Origin: the human T2T-CHM13v2.0 reference genome, Homo sapiens
DNA length: 64,000 nucleotides
Assembly: GCF_009914755.1 (NCBI RefSeq)
Contig: NC_060931.1
Reading direction: 5' to 3' (one strand)
Shown here: positions 36,971-52,799 of the stretch, one piece after another
Layout: each line of letters starts with the position of its first letter
Numbering within the stretch: position 1 is the first letter of the stretch
Made by a program: the position numbers and the translations under genes
Notes under the pieces: model-generated
What the model saw: the letters and a program-made list of their open reading frames with translations, nothing else
Told to the model about the DNA's origin: nothing
The model's database searches: none

Positions 36971-38062
36971 AATGATGAACCAAGGAATCTAAGATGGGTA
37001 AAGAGAGAAATAAGGACATAAGAGTAATATTTGACAGTGCAAAGATAATTGAATGAAATGGTGGTTTGAGTCAGTTGAAGAAGTGCTAGTGTAGAAGCTC
37101 CAATGTGAGTGAGCTAAGAAATTAAGAGATAAGTGGATGAAGAAATGGAGATTTCAGAGATGGTACAGCAATTTAGGATAAAATGGTTAAGAGTATGACC
37201 ATAGAAGGACATGACTGAGGAACGGTGAAAGCAAAGATAACTGGAAGAAAGGTCAAGGATGTGAACGGAACATCCCTGTGAATACTGCGGGCACAAGAAC
37301 AATGACAGGAGTAGAGAAAAAGGAAGATGGTGAGCCAGATGCTAATGCTACCAACAAAACATAGAGATTGGTACATAATGAAGACAGTGAGTGCTAAATC
37401 TGATGTTATGAACTACAAAGAAGCTGAGACTTTAGAAAAAGGAGGGAAGATACATAGTTTGGAAGTGGAAATGGGGAGCCAAGGAAGACACCTAACCTAT
37501 CTCTAGATCTGAGGTAAACTGAGGAGTGAAACAAGACAGTCTCCCTAGGATTTCATATCTGAGTAGGATGTGGAAAGTCACCATGGTCCAATGACCCTGC
37601 TACAACAACTAGAAAAAAACAGACACATTACAAAAATCACATTTAAAAAAGATATTGGCGAGCCATGGAATTCCAGGGGAAGGAAATTTTTCTGAAGTGA
37701 GCTGACAATGCACAGCTGCTTTTTTTCCCTGGGAACGTGTGCCAGCTCTGGGTAGGAAAGAGGACAGGGCTGGGCCCAGGCAGAGAAAGTCTACAAATGG
37801 GAAGAGAAACCAATAGGCTTATGGTGGTGGCACGGGGGTAACATGACAGGTTAGAAACTTGAGGTGCCCCAAGTGTGGCCACTGTCTCCCATAAGGCAGT
37901 GAGTTCTGGGAGTGTTCACACAGGAGGCTGAGGAGCTAGAACATCAACTCCTACAAGGCAGAGTGAGTCTTTCATAATCTCAGGGAAGGAAGAGGAAGCC
38001 TGCCTCAAACATACAGCCAGCATAACCTTCAATGTACTTGCCAGATTTTAAAGTTGAGGGCC

Positions 38063-38557
38063 CACGGCCACCACGCCATCTGGGAAGTAAGGAGCACCTC
38101 TGCCCAGCCGCCCCACCATCTGGGAAGTGAGGAGCGCCTCTGCCCGGCCGCCCCACCGTCTGGGAAGTGAGGAGCACCTCTGCCCGGCCGCCCCACCACC
38201 TGGGAAGTGAGGAGCACCTCTGCCTGGCTGTCGCCCCCTCTGGGAAGTGAGGAGGCCCTCTGCCCTGCCGCCCCACTGTCTGGGAAGTAAGGCGCACCTC
38301 TCCCTGGCTGCCCCACAGTCTGGGAAGAGAGGAGCGCCTCTGCCCAGCCGCTGCACCTTCTGGGAAGTGAGGAGCGCCTCTACCTGGTTGCCGCCCCATC
38401 TGGAAAGTGAGGAGCGCCTTTGCCCGGCCGTTGTGCAACCCTCGAAGTGTGAAGTGGCAGCCTTGTGTGTGATTTTTATGCCCTCCCCAAGTTTGCATTT
38501 TTGATATTAAAGTTTACTTTTAAAAGTTTTAAATTGGGGAATATATATACATATATA
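38063..38557 (+). mobile_element. SVA2-like VNTR retroposon (nine 40-bp VNTR units + unique 3' region + degenerate tail)
   Basis: 40-bp period tctgggaagtgaggagc(g/a)cctctgcccggccgccccac starting 38079, 38119 ... 38399; 3' region gtgcaaccctcgaagtgtgaagtggcagccttgtgtgtg...ATTAAA; 13-bp TSD AAAGTTGAGGGCC (38050-38062 / 38558-38570); no CCCTCT hexamer, Alu-like or SINE-R domain. Confidence 0.8.
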
Positions 38558-38912
38558 AAAGTTGAGGGCCTAGAAGGGAAACTAAAGAGCTAAGCTTAAA
38601 TACCTCCGAAGAGCAGAACCAAATCTCTCACAATCTTTCAGTCTGAGGAGACAGAGACTGGCTAGCTTCTCAATCAAAAGCCCAGAAGAGCTATGCCTGA
38701 GGAATAGGGATGAACCAGATGTAAACCGAACCCAAATAAATCCACAGTCCAAGCTCAACACAGATCAGTCCCTTCCTGGACTGAGGTCATGAGCTCTGTA
38801 CCCTATACAGAGGAAAGGACGAACCTTTGCTGGCGAAAGAGTATATCATCTGGAGCTTCTATTGTTCTTTTCTCACACAATGTCCAATAAAAATAAGAAA
38901 TTACTAGGTATG

Positions 38913-39615
<703 letters not shown>

Positions 39616-39653
39616 GCAACAAACAATAATTTTAAAATAACAACCATCAACAT

Positions 39654-40055
39654 GTGTGTTGATCCATTTTGCACGGCTATAAAGAAATACCTGAGGCCAG
39701 GTAATTTATAAAGAAAAGAGTTGTATGCGGCTCAGGGTTCTGCAGGGTGTACAAGAAGCATGGTGCCAGCATCTGCTCGGCTTCTGGCGAAGGCCTCAGG
39801 AAGCTTTTACTCACTGCAGAAGGCAAAGGGAGCCAGCATGTAACATGGGAAGAGAAGGAGTAAGAGAAACAGCTAGAGGGAGGCTCTTCTAAACAACCAG
39901 CTCTTGGGTGAACTAATAGAGGGAGAACTCACTAATTATCACAGGGGAGGGCACAAAGCCATTCTTGAGGGATCTGCCCACATGACTCAAATACCTCCCA
40001 CTGGGCCCCACCTCCAACACTGGGGATCAAATTTTAACAGATTTGGAGAGAACAA
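39654..40055. mobile_element. MST-type MaLR LTR
   Basis: ctataaagaaatacctgag...aatttataaagaaaagag; ccccacctccaacactgggg. Confidence 0.7.
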
Positions 40056-40059
40056 ATAA

Positions 40060-40480
40060 AGAAAACAGAAAAAGGCAAACTGAATGAAAAGATGCATAAT
40101 TCTAATAATCAGAATTTATTTAAACATCAAATTGTCATTCTAGAACTGAAAAACATGTCTAAAATTAAGATTTCATTTGATGTATTTAAGAGTAGACTGG
40201 ACACAGCATAAAACAAAATTAGTAAACTTGAAAACCATCAATGAAAAAGATCCAAACTTGAGCTCAAAAAGAAGAAAATGGGGAAAAAGCAGAAGAGATC
40301 AAAAGAGGCATGTAGAACAAGGTAAAGAAAAAGAAAAAAAAAGCTAACATATGTACGATTGGAGTTCCAAAAGGAAAAGAGAGAACTGAATAGAAGTACT
40401 ATTTGAAAAGAACCAAGAATTTTCTAAAACGGATGAAAAATATCTATCAACAGATTCAGTAAGCCCAGGGGACCAAGCAG
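40060..40480 (+). mobile_element. Old L1M ORF1 fragment
   Basis: A-rich degenerate ORF1-like sequence (ctagaactgaaaaac...aattagtaaacttgaa...ttggagttccaaaagg). Confidence 0.55.
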
Positions 40481-40494
40481 GATTGTTTAAAATG

Positions 40495-41381
<887 letters not shown>

Positions 41382-43811
41382 TCATCTTGATATTCTCTTA
41401 GAAGAAATGGGTAATGAGTTTAAGGTGGGTGTGTGGGGCCCAGAGGATTGCTCCTTTGCACTTCCTGCTAGTGTGCTAGCAGAGGTGAGTGAAGGACTCC
41501 TCAGGAGAACATGATCTTAGACAATGGAGAATGCATATAAGGGCCTCCTCTATGGGTGCAGAACAATGCAGTAAGCTGGTAAGGAAGGAATGCTTTCACC
41601 CAGAGGGGGAACTGGGGACTGCCTCATTGCAGCTTTGTGATGTTATAGTAACTGGCGGCCTAGATGAGAAGAGGCCATCCCTTCCTTGATGTACCCTGAC
41701 TCTCAACTCAAGTCCATTTCTGCCACCTGCTCCACCGCCATATCACAGACTGAGCCATCACTCAGAATGGCTGCACCCTGAATTGTAAATATAAACGTTC
41801 CACTTTCTGACCCCCACCTCCTGTGTTTCCAGCTCCCTCACTTAATTACTCCCTCTACTTCTCTTCACTCACCTCTTAGAGGAGTCTTCACTTTCTGTCC
41901 ATGTATCAGTATGATATCCTTTTCTCATTTCCCACTGAGTCCTTAGAGTCCTTGGCCCATCACTTCAGATACTCAGGAGCTTAGCTCCCTAACCTACTGC
42001 CTTTCCATTCTATTAATATATGCCTGGCAAATTCCTATCCCAGACGAAGTCAACTTGGTTATCTCTGTACCTACATCTGATTTACTGACTGCTACTTGAG
42101 AAAATCACACAACCGGGAAGATGGGTACCATTCTCCCTACATATTTTCAAGCACAATTGTATAGAGGTACAACACAAAACTCACTGTAATAAATTAAAAC
42201 AATACAGCTATGGACAGAGTAAAAAGTTAGAATTCTCCATCTTTTCCCCCAAAACCATTCCACAAGACATCTGTTATTAACAGTTTGGCATAGGTTCTAT
42301 GCATGCACTATTGTCTTAAAGCTAGATATATACACATATATGTACATAAACACATATACAACATATATGAAATCAAATGGACAGCTAGAGCAGAATGGAC
42401 AGTTGCTAAGCAACTTGCACTTTTTCTTTTTTACTTAATAATATGTGTTGGGAGCCAGCCATGTGGTGTATGCCTGTAGTCCTAGCTACTTGGGAGGATG
42501 AGGTGGGAGGATCAATTGAGCCCAGGAGTTTGAGGCTGCAGTGAGCTAGGATGGAGCCACTACACCCTAGCCTGGGTGGCAGACCAACACCCCGTGTCTC
42601 AATAATAATGATGATAATAATAATATGTCTTGGAGGACATTTCTTCTTAGTAGGTACAGATATACTTTATTCTACATAATGCCTCATTCGCTTAGTCACT
42701 CTAGGTCATTTACTATTTTTACTATGAAACAAAGTTATAATGAATATCCTTGTACATCCTCCTGAACACATGTGCAAGTATTTCTCTAAAGTAGATCCCT
42801 AGAAGTAGAAATGCTTGGTTAAAGGGTACATGTATTTAACATCTTAATAAATATTTCTCAATTACCATCCAAAAAAGAGACGGGTGGGGGGTCTCTACCA
42901 AATTGCCCTCCCAACCGCCTAGGAGCGTTACTACCCTCAGGTAGGACCTCCTCTTTCTTTCCCTAGACATCTCTCTCCCTCATTCTCCACATAACGTATC
43001 TTTGCTCGAACCTCCTACTGCACCAACATCCCCATCCCCACTCAAACACGCACATTCTTGGTAAATATCTCACCAACTATTTGTAGAGAAAAAAAGAGGT
43101 CAACAAAGGCAAATGTTCTCAGCTTCCTACCCCCAAACCTACAAAACCTAATGTCTATCCCCTTCCTGTCTTCCTTCCCTACTCTTATAACGGCAGTAGG
43201 AGGGCAGTCCTTCCTGTTGTCTAAAGGCAATCCTGGTTGAGAGGGTCCTTACCTTCACAAAGGGCTGACTACACTGACCAAAGGTCTCAGCTTCCACTCT
43301 TCCCTCCGCTAACCTCCATCTATTTTCTGCCCTCACGGCTCCATGGAAACCTCAGGCTCACCTTGGGCAGAATCCAGCTCCTTATCTTAGGTGACTAGTG
43401 CCTACTCCCTACTTCTGACAACATTCTTCATAATGCCAGTCTGCTGATTTTCCTCCTCAGGCTCTCTGGCACTTCTTTCTCACTCCTCCACTCCTCAGGT
43501 ACTTCTTGTCCAAACCTTAAAATCTGAGTTTGGGGTTTCCGATCTGGGCCTTGTGCTCATTCCCCCTGGGAGATGTCACCCATTCCCCACGTGCAGCCAC
43601 CATCACCCTCTGTTTTCTCTCTAATCAGCGTCTTCAGCCCTGATCGCCTACAAGTCCGAATTTGACTTCACTTTCTCGCATTCTGCCCCGCCTTCCCTCC
43701 ACTCCTCCCCAATCCCGAAACCTAGTCCCTCCTCCGGGAAGTCTTTCCTGACTCCTCCCCCTTCTAACTCCCCACCGACGGTCTGTGTCCGCTGCCACGC
43801 GTGTCCAGTAC

Positions 43812-43886
43812 CTCGCAGACCTGAGGAATGTAGTTCTCCTTGAAGTAGTTCTTCAGCCTCGGGTTGGCATTGCGTAGCGAGGCCAT
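43812..43886 (-). CDS. FBXL13: FBXL13 (DRC6) long-isoform coding exon 1, MASLRNANPRLKNYFKENYIPQVCE (25 aa, phase 0)
   Basis: ATG at 43886 in a strong Kozak context (GCCATGG); 75-nt open frame ending GAG|GTACTG donor; lies in the CpG island opposite ARMC10; splices in frame to the 24859 exon. Confidence 0.85.
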
Positions 43887-44388
43887 GGCCCAAGGCCTGA
43901 CGGAGAAGCTGCGATAGTACCCTCCCCGCGCTGGGACTAGGGGCCGGGCGCGTGCGGGCGTTGTCCCGGCAACCAGGGGGCGGGGCTGGGCGTGGCACCG
44001 CCCCGCGCTCCGCTGCCAGGGGCGGGAGGGAGGAATGGTTGCTTCACGCCCCGGGGGAAGAGACGGGAAGCTCGGCTCTGGGTTGCGGGCCCCGGCGTCT
44101 CCGCGTGGGGCGCACCGTCCGACCCGCCCCTCCCGGTGTGCAGCGCCCCGCACCGCCCCGCCTCGCCTGGGAGAAGCCGCCGGGACGCGCCGGGCTGGAG
44201 TGGGCGGTTATAGGCTTTGAGCTAGGCCGTTTCCGGGAGGCGGAGCTCAGACCCCATTTCCTTTCTCCACATCCAGGTCAGGTGGCGTTTGCTGTGGCGG
44301 CTAGGCCCGCGTGCGCTGGAGACCTCCGCGCTGGCCCCCGCGAGCCTCCTGCCCTGGCCCGGCGCTGCGGCTCTGCCGCGGCGGCAGC

Positions 44389-44527
44389 ATGGGTGGCCCC
44401 CGGGGCGCGGGCTGGGTGGCGGCGGGCCTGCTGCTCGGCGCGGGCGCCTGCTACTGCATTTACAGGCTGACCCGGGGTCGGCGGCGGGGCGACCGCGAGC
44501 TCGGGATACGCTCTTCGAAGTCCGCAG
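44389..44527 (+). CDS. ARMC10: ARMC10 (SVH) coding exon 1: N-terminal signal-anchor TM segment plus basic patch
   Basis: MGGPRGAGWVAAGLLLGAGACYCIYRLTRGRRRGDRELGIRSSKSA matches the recalled ARMC10 N-terminus; donor CAG|GTGGGA. Confidence 0.96.
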
Positions 44528-44892
44528 GTGGGACCCCGGGGTTTCCGGCAGGTGGGCGGGGACTGGGCAGGGGGGCTCCCCAGGCCGGGGTGGTGGCTTG
44601 CGTGTGCTCGGGGTAAAATGAGGAGCCGAGCTAGAGGGAGAGGCAGTACTTGTGTGAGTGCAGGGTGCTGCGCCGCCCCCGCCGCCCCTTTGCTGACTAT
44701 ACTGGTATGAAAACTTGCCCTGGCTTTCCTGCCTGAGCTCCGCGTCACAGCGGAGGATTAGATTTCTTAAAAACCTGTTGATGGCCTCTCATTTTAAAGC
44801 TTGCTCCGGGCCTTTGTGTAACTAAAGGGATTCTCCCGATTGTGGAAGGGCTGTTGAGGGGCCCAGAGCCATAGGTCAATCTCTGCTTGCAG

Positions 44893-44997
44893 GTGCCCTG
44901 GAAGAAGGGACGTCAGAGGGTCAGTTGTGCGGGCGCTCGGCCCGGCCTCAGACGGGAGGTACCTGGGAGTCACAGTGGTCCAAGACCTCGCAGCCTG
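44893..44997 (+). CDS. ARMC10: ARMC10 exon 2 (105 nt, symmetric phase 1-1), GALEEGTSEGQLCGRSARPQTGGTWESQWSKTSQP
   Basis: Acceptor ctctgcttgCAG, donor G|GTGTGT; translation matches ARMC10. Confidence 0.93.
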
Positions 44998-45670
44998 GTG
45001 TGTGTTTTGGAAATGGGAACAGTTGTCTGCGCGAGACACACCCTCCCAGCGGACAAATGCATGATTCGGTTTCTGTCCAAAAGTTGATCGGTACATTAAA
45101 ACCCTCCAAAGGCATGTTTCACATCATGGAAGCTGTTAGGGAAATAATTTAAAATATCATATCTGCCATCCAAGAAACTCCTGTCCACAATTGTAGAAGA
45201 GAGCTAAACAGCTTCATTGTTGAATAAGCACAAACTAAATTGCCTCACACATCACGGGCAATTTGCTAATGGGATAGCAGGAAGAATTCTAATTCCTTTA
45301 AATGTAGCTGGACAGATAGAACCGATTTCATATTACATACGTGTTCTCAAGATAAAAAATAATTTGTCCTTAGGTAAGAGGACTTGACAGTACCATTTGC
45401 TACATGTAGTTTATCCTGAATTTACTGGTAATTGGGGTGGTTGTTATCTAATTGCCTTTATCCAGAGGAAAAATAAAAATATCTTTATGATGTGGAACCA
45501 GGTGCCCAGGCTAAAAACTCACAGAGTTGGGGAGATTGGGGATCTATCTTCCTGGAAGAGTAGGTTTCAAAGAGTACGCTTTCAAACAGTAGGCTCCAAA
45601 GCTTTTAAGAAAGTCTTTCTTGGGCTGTAAAACTGGCCAAATGCTTATTTCACTTTTAAAAAGATTTACA

Positions 45671-46302
45671 GGCTGGGTGTGGTGGCTCACACCTGTAATC
45701 CCAGCACTCTGGGAGGCCAAGGCAGGCGGATCATGTGGTCAGGAGTTCAAGACCAGCTTGACCAACATGGGGAAGCCCCATCTCTACTAAAAATACAAAA
45801 ATTAGCCGGGCTTGGCGGTGGGTGCCTGTAATCCCAGCTACTCAGGAGGCTGAGGCAGGAGAATCACTTGAACCCAGGAGGCAGAGGTTGCAGTGTGCCA
45901 AGATTGCACCATTGCACTCCAGCTTGTGCGACAGAGCAAGATTCTGTCTCAAAAAACAAAAAACAAAAAGATTTACATTTGTATCAAAGAAGCAGAAAAA
46001 GGAGTTTTGTTTTGTTTTCAGACAGGGACTCCCTCTGTCACCCAGGCTTGGTGCAGTGGCGCAATCACAGCTGCAGCGGCGCAATCACAGCTGCAGCCTC
46101 CACTTCCCTGGGCTCCTCCCACCTCACCCCACTAAGTAACTAGGACTACAGGTGCACACCGACACCTGGCTAATTTTTCCAATTTTTTAGGAGACGAGTT
46201 TTCACCATGTTGCCCAGGCTGATTTGAACTTGGCTTAAGCAGTGCTCCTGCCTCAGCATCCCGAAGTGCTGGAATTACAGGATTTAGCCTCCTCACCTGG
46301 CC
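45671..46302. mobile_element. Tail-to-tail inverted Alu pair (45671-45969 plus; 46004-46302 minus)
   Basis: Alu consensus in opposite orientations ~35 bp apart. Confidence 0.87.
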
Positions 46303-46439
46303 AATAAAGGATTTTTAATTACAAGTTTGCACGAGGGAATGCTTTAAGAAAAAGGGAGTGGAAGGGGAAGGTCTCTTTCACTTTTGCCACTAGGTATAAT
46401 TCAGCTTTTTTTTTTTTAAAGATTTGTATGTACCCTTAC

Positions 46440-46810
46440 TGTATTAGTCCATTTTCTGTTGCTTATAATAGAATATCTGAAACTGGGTAATTTATTAGGA
46501 AAGAAATTTATTTCTTAGAGTTATGGAAGCTGAGAAGTCCAAGATTGAGGGGCCGTAGCTGGTAAGGGCTTTCTTGTTGTGGCATAGGGCATCCCAAGGC
46601 CAGAGGGGCAAGTGTGTTAACATGCTGACTCAGGTCTCTTGTTCTTATAAAGCCACCAGTCCTGCTCATTAATCCATGAATGGATTAATTCATTCATGAG
46701 GACAGACCCCTCATGATCCAGTCACCTCTTAAAGGCCTTACCTCTCAATACTGCCACATTGGGAATTAAGTTTCGACATGAGTTTCGCAGGAGACATTCA
46801 AATCATAGCA
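46440..46810. mobile_element. MST/MLT1A-type MaLR LTR
   Basis: tgtattagtccattttctg ... gacattcaaatcatagca termini. Confidence 0.7.
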
Positions 46811-47022
46811 TTTACAAAGCCTAATTTGTTGTCTTTGCCCATGTCAGAGATATTTTTGTATAAGTACATTGGGAAGGTGTCCTGGACTCAGATATCTTCT
46901 CAGTTATACTGACTCAATCTGATGAATGTGGACAGTCTTTTAAACTTAACAGTTCCCATAATCATCATTATCTTAGGTAAGGCAGCTTAAAAAATAATTT
47001 GCTCACAGTCCCTTCTTCCTGA

Positions 47023-47727
<705 letters not shown>

Positions 47728-48149
47728 AGTCATCATCACGCTTAGATTTCAGAAGATGATCTTTTGTTTTTTGTTTGTTTTGTTTTTGTTTTTTTTTGAG
47801 ACGGAGTCTTGCTCTGTTGCCCAGGCTGGAGTGCAGTGGCGATCTTTTCTTTGTTTTAAACTCACACCTCTAATCCCTTTGGGAGGCTGAGGTGGAAGAA
47901 TCGCTTGAGCCCAGAGTTCAAAACCAGGCTGGGCAACATAGTGAAACCCCATCTCTACAAAAAATAGAAAAATTAGCCAGGCATGGTAGTGTGCACTTGT
48001 AGTCCCAGCTACTCAGGAGGCTGTTTTGGGAGAAACCCTTGAGCCCAGGAGGTCAAGGCTGCAGTAAGCTGTGATTGTGCCGCTGCTCTCCAGCCTGGAC
48101 AAAAGAGCAAGACTCTGTCTTAAAAAATAAAAAATAAAATAATTTTTGT

Positions 48150-49075
48150 ACTAACGTGGTTTGAGAGCATTGAAAAAGACGGAAACAGTCCCAATTCATC
48201 CAACAATCTAACGTCATAACCTGACAAGGATGGTAAGAAAAACTATAAATCTGTCTCAACTATGAATAAAGATATAAAAATCTTAAAATATTAGCAAGTC
48301 AAATCTATCAGGGGATTAAAGTAATAATATACCAAGGCCAAATGGACATGGAAGGAGGAGTCATACTAGAAAAAGGAAAAGCCACATGATGACCTCATAA
48401 TAAAAAGGCATTAAAATATTTCTTTCCATAGCTGAAGCTCGGGGAAAAAAAAAGAAAAAAAATTTTATCATTTCTGATAAAAACTTGCAGCAAGTAAGGA
48501 ATAAATAGAAGGAAATGTTCTTAAGTTGATCAAGTACATCCATCAAAACCCAAAAGCAAATATCGTATTTAATAGACACACTAGTTAGTAGCATCCTTAT
48601 CAAACTCAAGAACAAGAGAAGGGTGTCTGCTATCACAGCTACTATTCAACGTTCTTCTGGAGTCATAGCTTGATAAGAAAACAACATGCATAAATATTGG
48701 AGGCAGAATTATAATCGTAGGTGGCATAATGATTTACTTGGAAAAATCCAAGAGAATTAACTAACTACTAGAAGCAATGAGTTTAATAAAATATCTTGAG
48801 TACAAGTAAATATACCCAAATCAATAACTTCTTGTATACATGCAGTAACAATTCAAAATTTTAATTGAAAATATTTTATTTGACAGAATGAGACCCTGTT
48901 TCAAAAAATATATATCATTCATGATAGCTATAAAAACTTTAAAAATTAGGAATTCACTTTAAAAACTAGGAGTTCCTGTAGTGAGAAGATAATTTTACTG
49001 AAGGGCCTAAGACTACATAAACAGGCATATTGTGTTCCCAGTTGGAAAGATTCTGAACCATGACAGTTATCTTGA
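48150..49075 (+). mobile_element. Old L1M ORF2 fragment
   Basis: Degenerate RT-region sequence (aactcaagaacaagagaagggtgtctgctatcacagctactattcaac). Confidence 0.55.
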
Positions 49076-49320
49076 AATTTGTCTTGCTACGTTATAATGT
49101 GGTAGTCACTTTTCATTCCCTTTGAGAATTCTAATTTCTCCTTGATTTACTGGAGGAGACCACAAACCACCGAGCCTAAGATTCTTTCACAGTCTTGTTG
49201 GCACAGAGCTAGATGGAAAGTAGAACACATGTTTGACTCCTCACCTGTGTAATAGCAGTCCAAAAACTCACCAGTGGAAGAGCTGAGTATTTGATGATCG
49301 CCCTCCTGTAAAATTTTTAG

Positions 49321-50812
<1,492 letters not shown>

Positions 50813-52455
50813 TGAGATAACATATAACAAAGTGGTATGATTTTGAAATATCTCAAATATGGATGAGTTAAATTTATCACATTTCTGCCATGCATGTGCA
50901 CGTGTATGTATGCATGTGTATATGAAATCATACAACTTCAGGGCTGTGTAGGAAACTCTGGAGCCAGTTACAGTATTAAGCCAACCCTTTTATTTGCAGA
51001 TGAGAAAACTGAGACCCCCAAAAATAGTAAGTGACTTACTTGTAACTTTGATTTTTCATTTCTGTGGTTTCTGCTACTAACTACCCCTGTGACTTTAGGC
51101 AGATCCTTGAACAATCCTGGCTTCAGTTTCTTCCTGTGTAAAATAAGAGGTTTGGATGAACCCCAAATTCTTTCCATTCTAAAAAGCTGTGTTTTTATCA
51201 TTCTTTCCTTTATCTTTTCAAGTATTCTTTGGGTGAAACGCTATTTTATAAGGTGTTAATGAGGCCAACAGTGTATTCAAAAGTAAAAGGTCCTGATTAA
51301 GACTTGGTAGTGAGAATATTCTAGCTTTGTAGCTGTGACATTTTCTTAACATTTCTTATTTGGCTTCCTCAGGGCATCACATATTATATATCACGTACCA
51401 CATATTGTTTCCCATGTATAATCTATACTTGTCCCTTTATTTATTTTTGTGTGTGTGTGTGTGATTCTTCTTTGAGCAATATACTTAGTTATTTTAGTTA
51501 CAGAAATAATACCTGTTTATTGCAAAAAAAAAAAAAGTACTGTTGAGTACAGGGTAGAAAATAAAAGTCCTTCATAATCCCACTACCCAAAAATAATCAC
51601 CTTTAACAATTTTATTTACTTATTATTTTTTTTAATAGAGACAGGGTCTCATTATGTTGTGCAGACTGGTCTCGAACCACTGGCCTGAAGTGATTCTCCT
51701 GCCTCCCAAAGTGCTGGGACTACAGAGATGAGCTGCTATGCCCAGCCTAACAATTTTGTGTGTTTTAAGAAAAAACACAGATTTGAGATCATGTAACACC
51801 TATTGTTGTGTAACCTCCTCCTCACCTACCCTTGCCCCTCCCCCCACCACCCCAGTAAGAGTGTTATAAAATGGCTTCTGTTCTTCCTGTGGTGATTTCT
51901 GTAAAGAGGATTTTTTTTAAGGTAAAGCCATAAGTTTAAACATCATTGAGCAGATCCAGCATTTGGCTATCCTAGCTCTTCTTCAAAATGTCAGGTTTTC
52001 TTTTGTCATCACCACCAGCAGGACTATTATTCTAGGATCCTAGTCATCATGCCTTGTATAAATCAAACAAAAATGCCACACTAGCAACAAGATTGGTTTA
52101 CTCTCATAGCTTTCCTTCTATCTGATGTGCTCAGAAAAGATCTGCTTAATGCAAATCATATTTCCTAATTAATCTCTTTATAGGTAAGTGTTCATTGGAT
52201 GGGTGTACCTCGTTTTTAAAAGGAGAAGCAAAATGTTATCAGCATTTGAGGTATATAGTATTTGCATGAAGTGTCTTACTAACAGCCATATGCCAGGTGA
52301 CCATTGACTAATTTCTTGGTATCTATAAGCCTACACTTCCCAGCTGTAATTTGAGAGTACTACAAGTATCTTCTTCCTAAGGATGTAAAGTGCTTAATAC
52401 TGTGCCTGCCATACAAGTATGTATTCGATATTGTTTTAAAAATTTTAAAAAAACA

Positions 52456-52748
52456 GGCTGGGCACAGTGGCTCATACTATTATCCCACCACTTTGGGAGG
52501 CCAAGGCAGGAGGACTGCTTGAGGTTAGAAGTTTGAGACCAGCCTGGGCAACATAGTGAGACCCCCATCTGTACAAAAAATGTTTAAAATTAGCCGGGTG
52601 TGGTGCATGTGCTAGGACCACAGGTCCTACCTACTTGGGAGGCTGAGGCAGGAAGATCACTTGAGCCCAGGAGATCAAGGTTGTAGTGAGCCATGATTGT
52701 GCCACCGCACACCAGCCTGGGTGACAGAGTGAGAGCCTGTTTCAAAAA
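52456..52748 (+). mobile_element. AluJ-like ending ~50 bp upstream of ARMC10 exon 3
   Basis: Alu consensus. Confidence 0.87.
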
Positions 52749-52799
52749 TAACCTCGTATTGATTTTAGCTTAACTTCAAATAACTTTCTTCTTATGCAG

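Larger units (their letters stand above)
43750..44750. promoter_or_regulatory. CpG island / bidirectional promoter shared by FBXL13 (-) and ARMC10 (+)
   Basis: Very GC- and CpG-rich, multiple GGGCGG/CCGCCC GC boxes (e.g. ~43978, 43999, 44020, 44124, 44153, 44202), divergent ATGs at 43886 and 44389; boundaries approximate. Confidence 0.9.

Noticed and set aside
38079-38430. Regular 40-bp periodic repeat resembling a CRISPR array
   Set aside because: Units are tandem along their whole length with no unique spacers, there are no cas genes, and the context is primate; it is an SVA-type VNTR
37980-38504. ORFs of 85-172 aa across the VNTR
   Set aside because: By-products of a GC-rich, stop-poor tandem repeat
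43648-44748. Several overlapping 100-172 aa ORFs in the CpG island
   Set aside because: Expected in GC-rich DNA, mostly non-ATG starts and low-complexity R/G/P/A; only the FBXL13 and ARMC10 exon frames have splice and homology support
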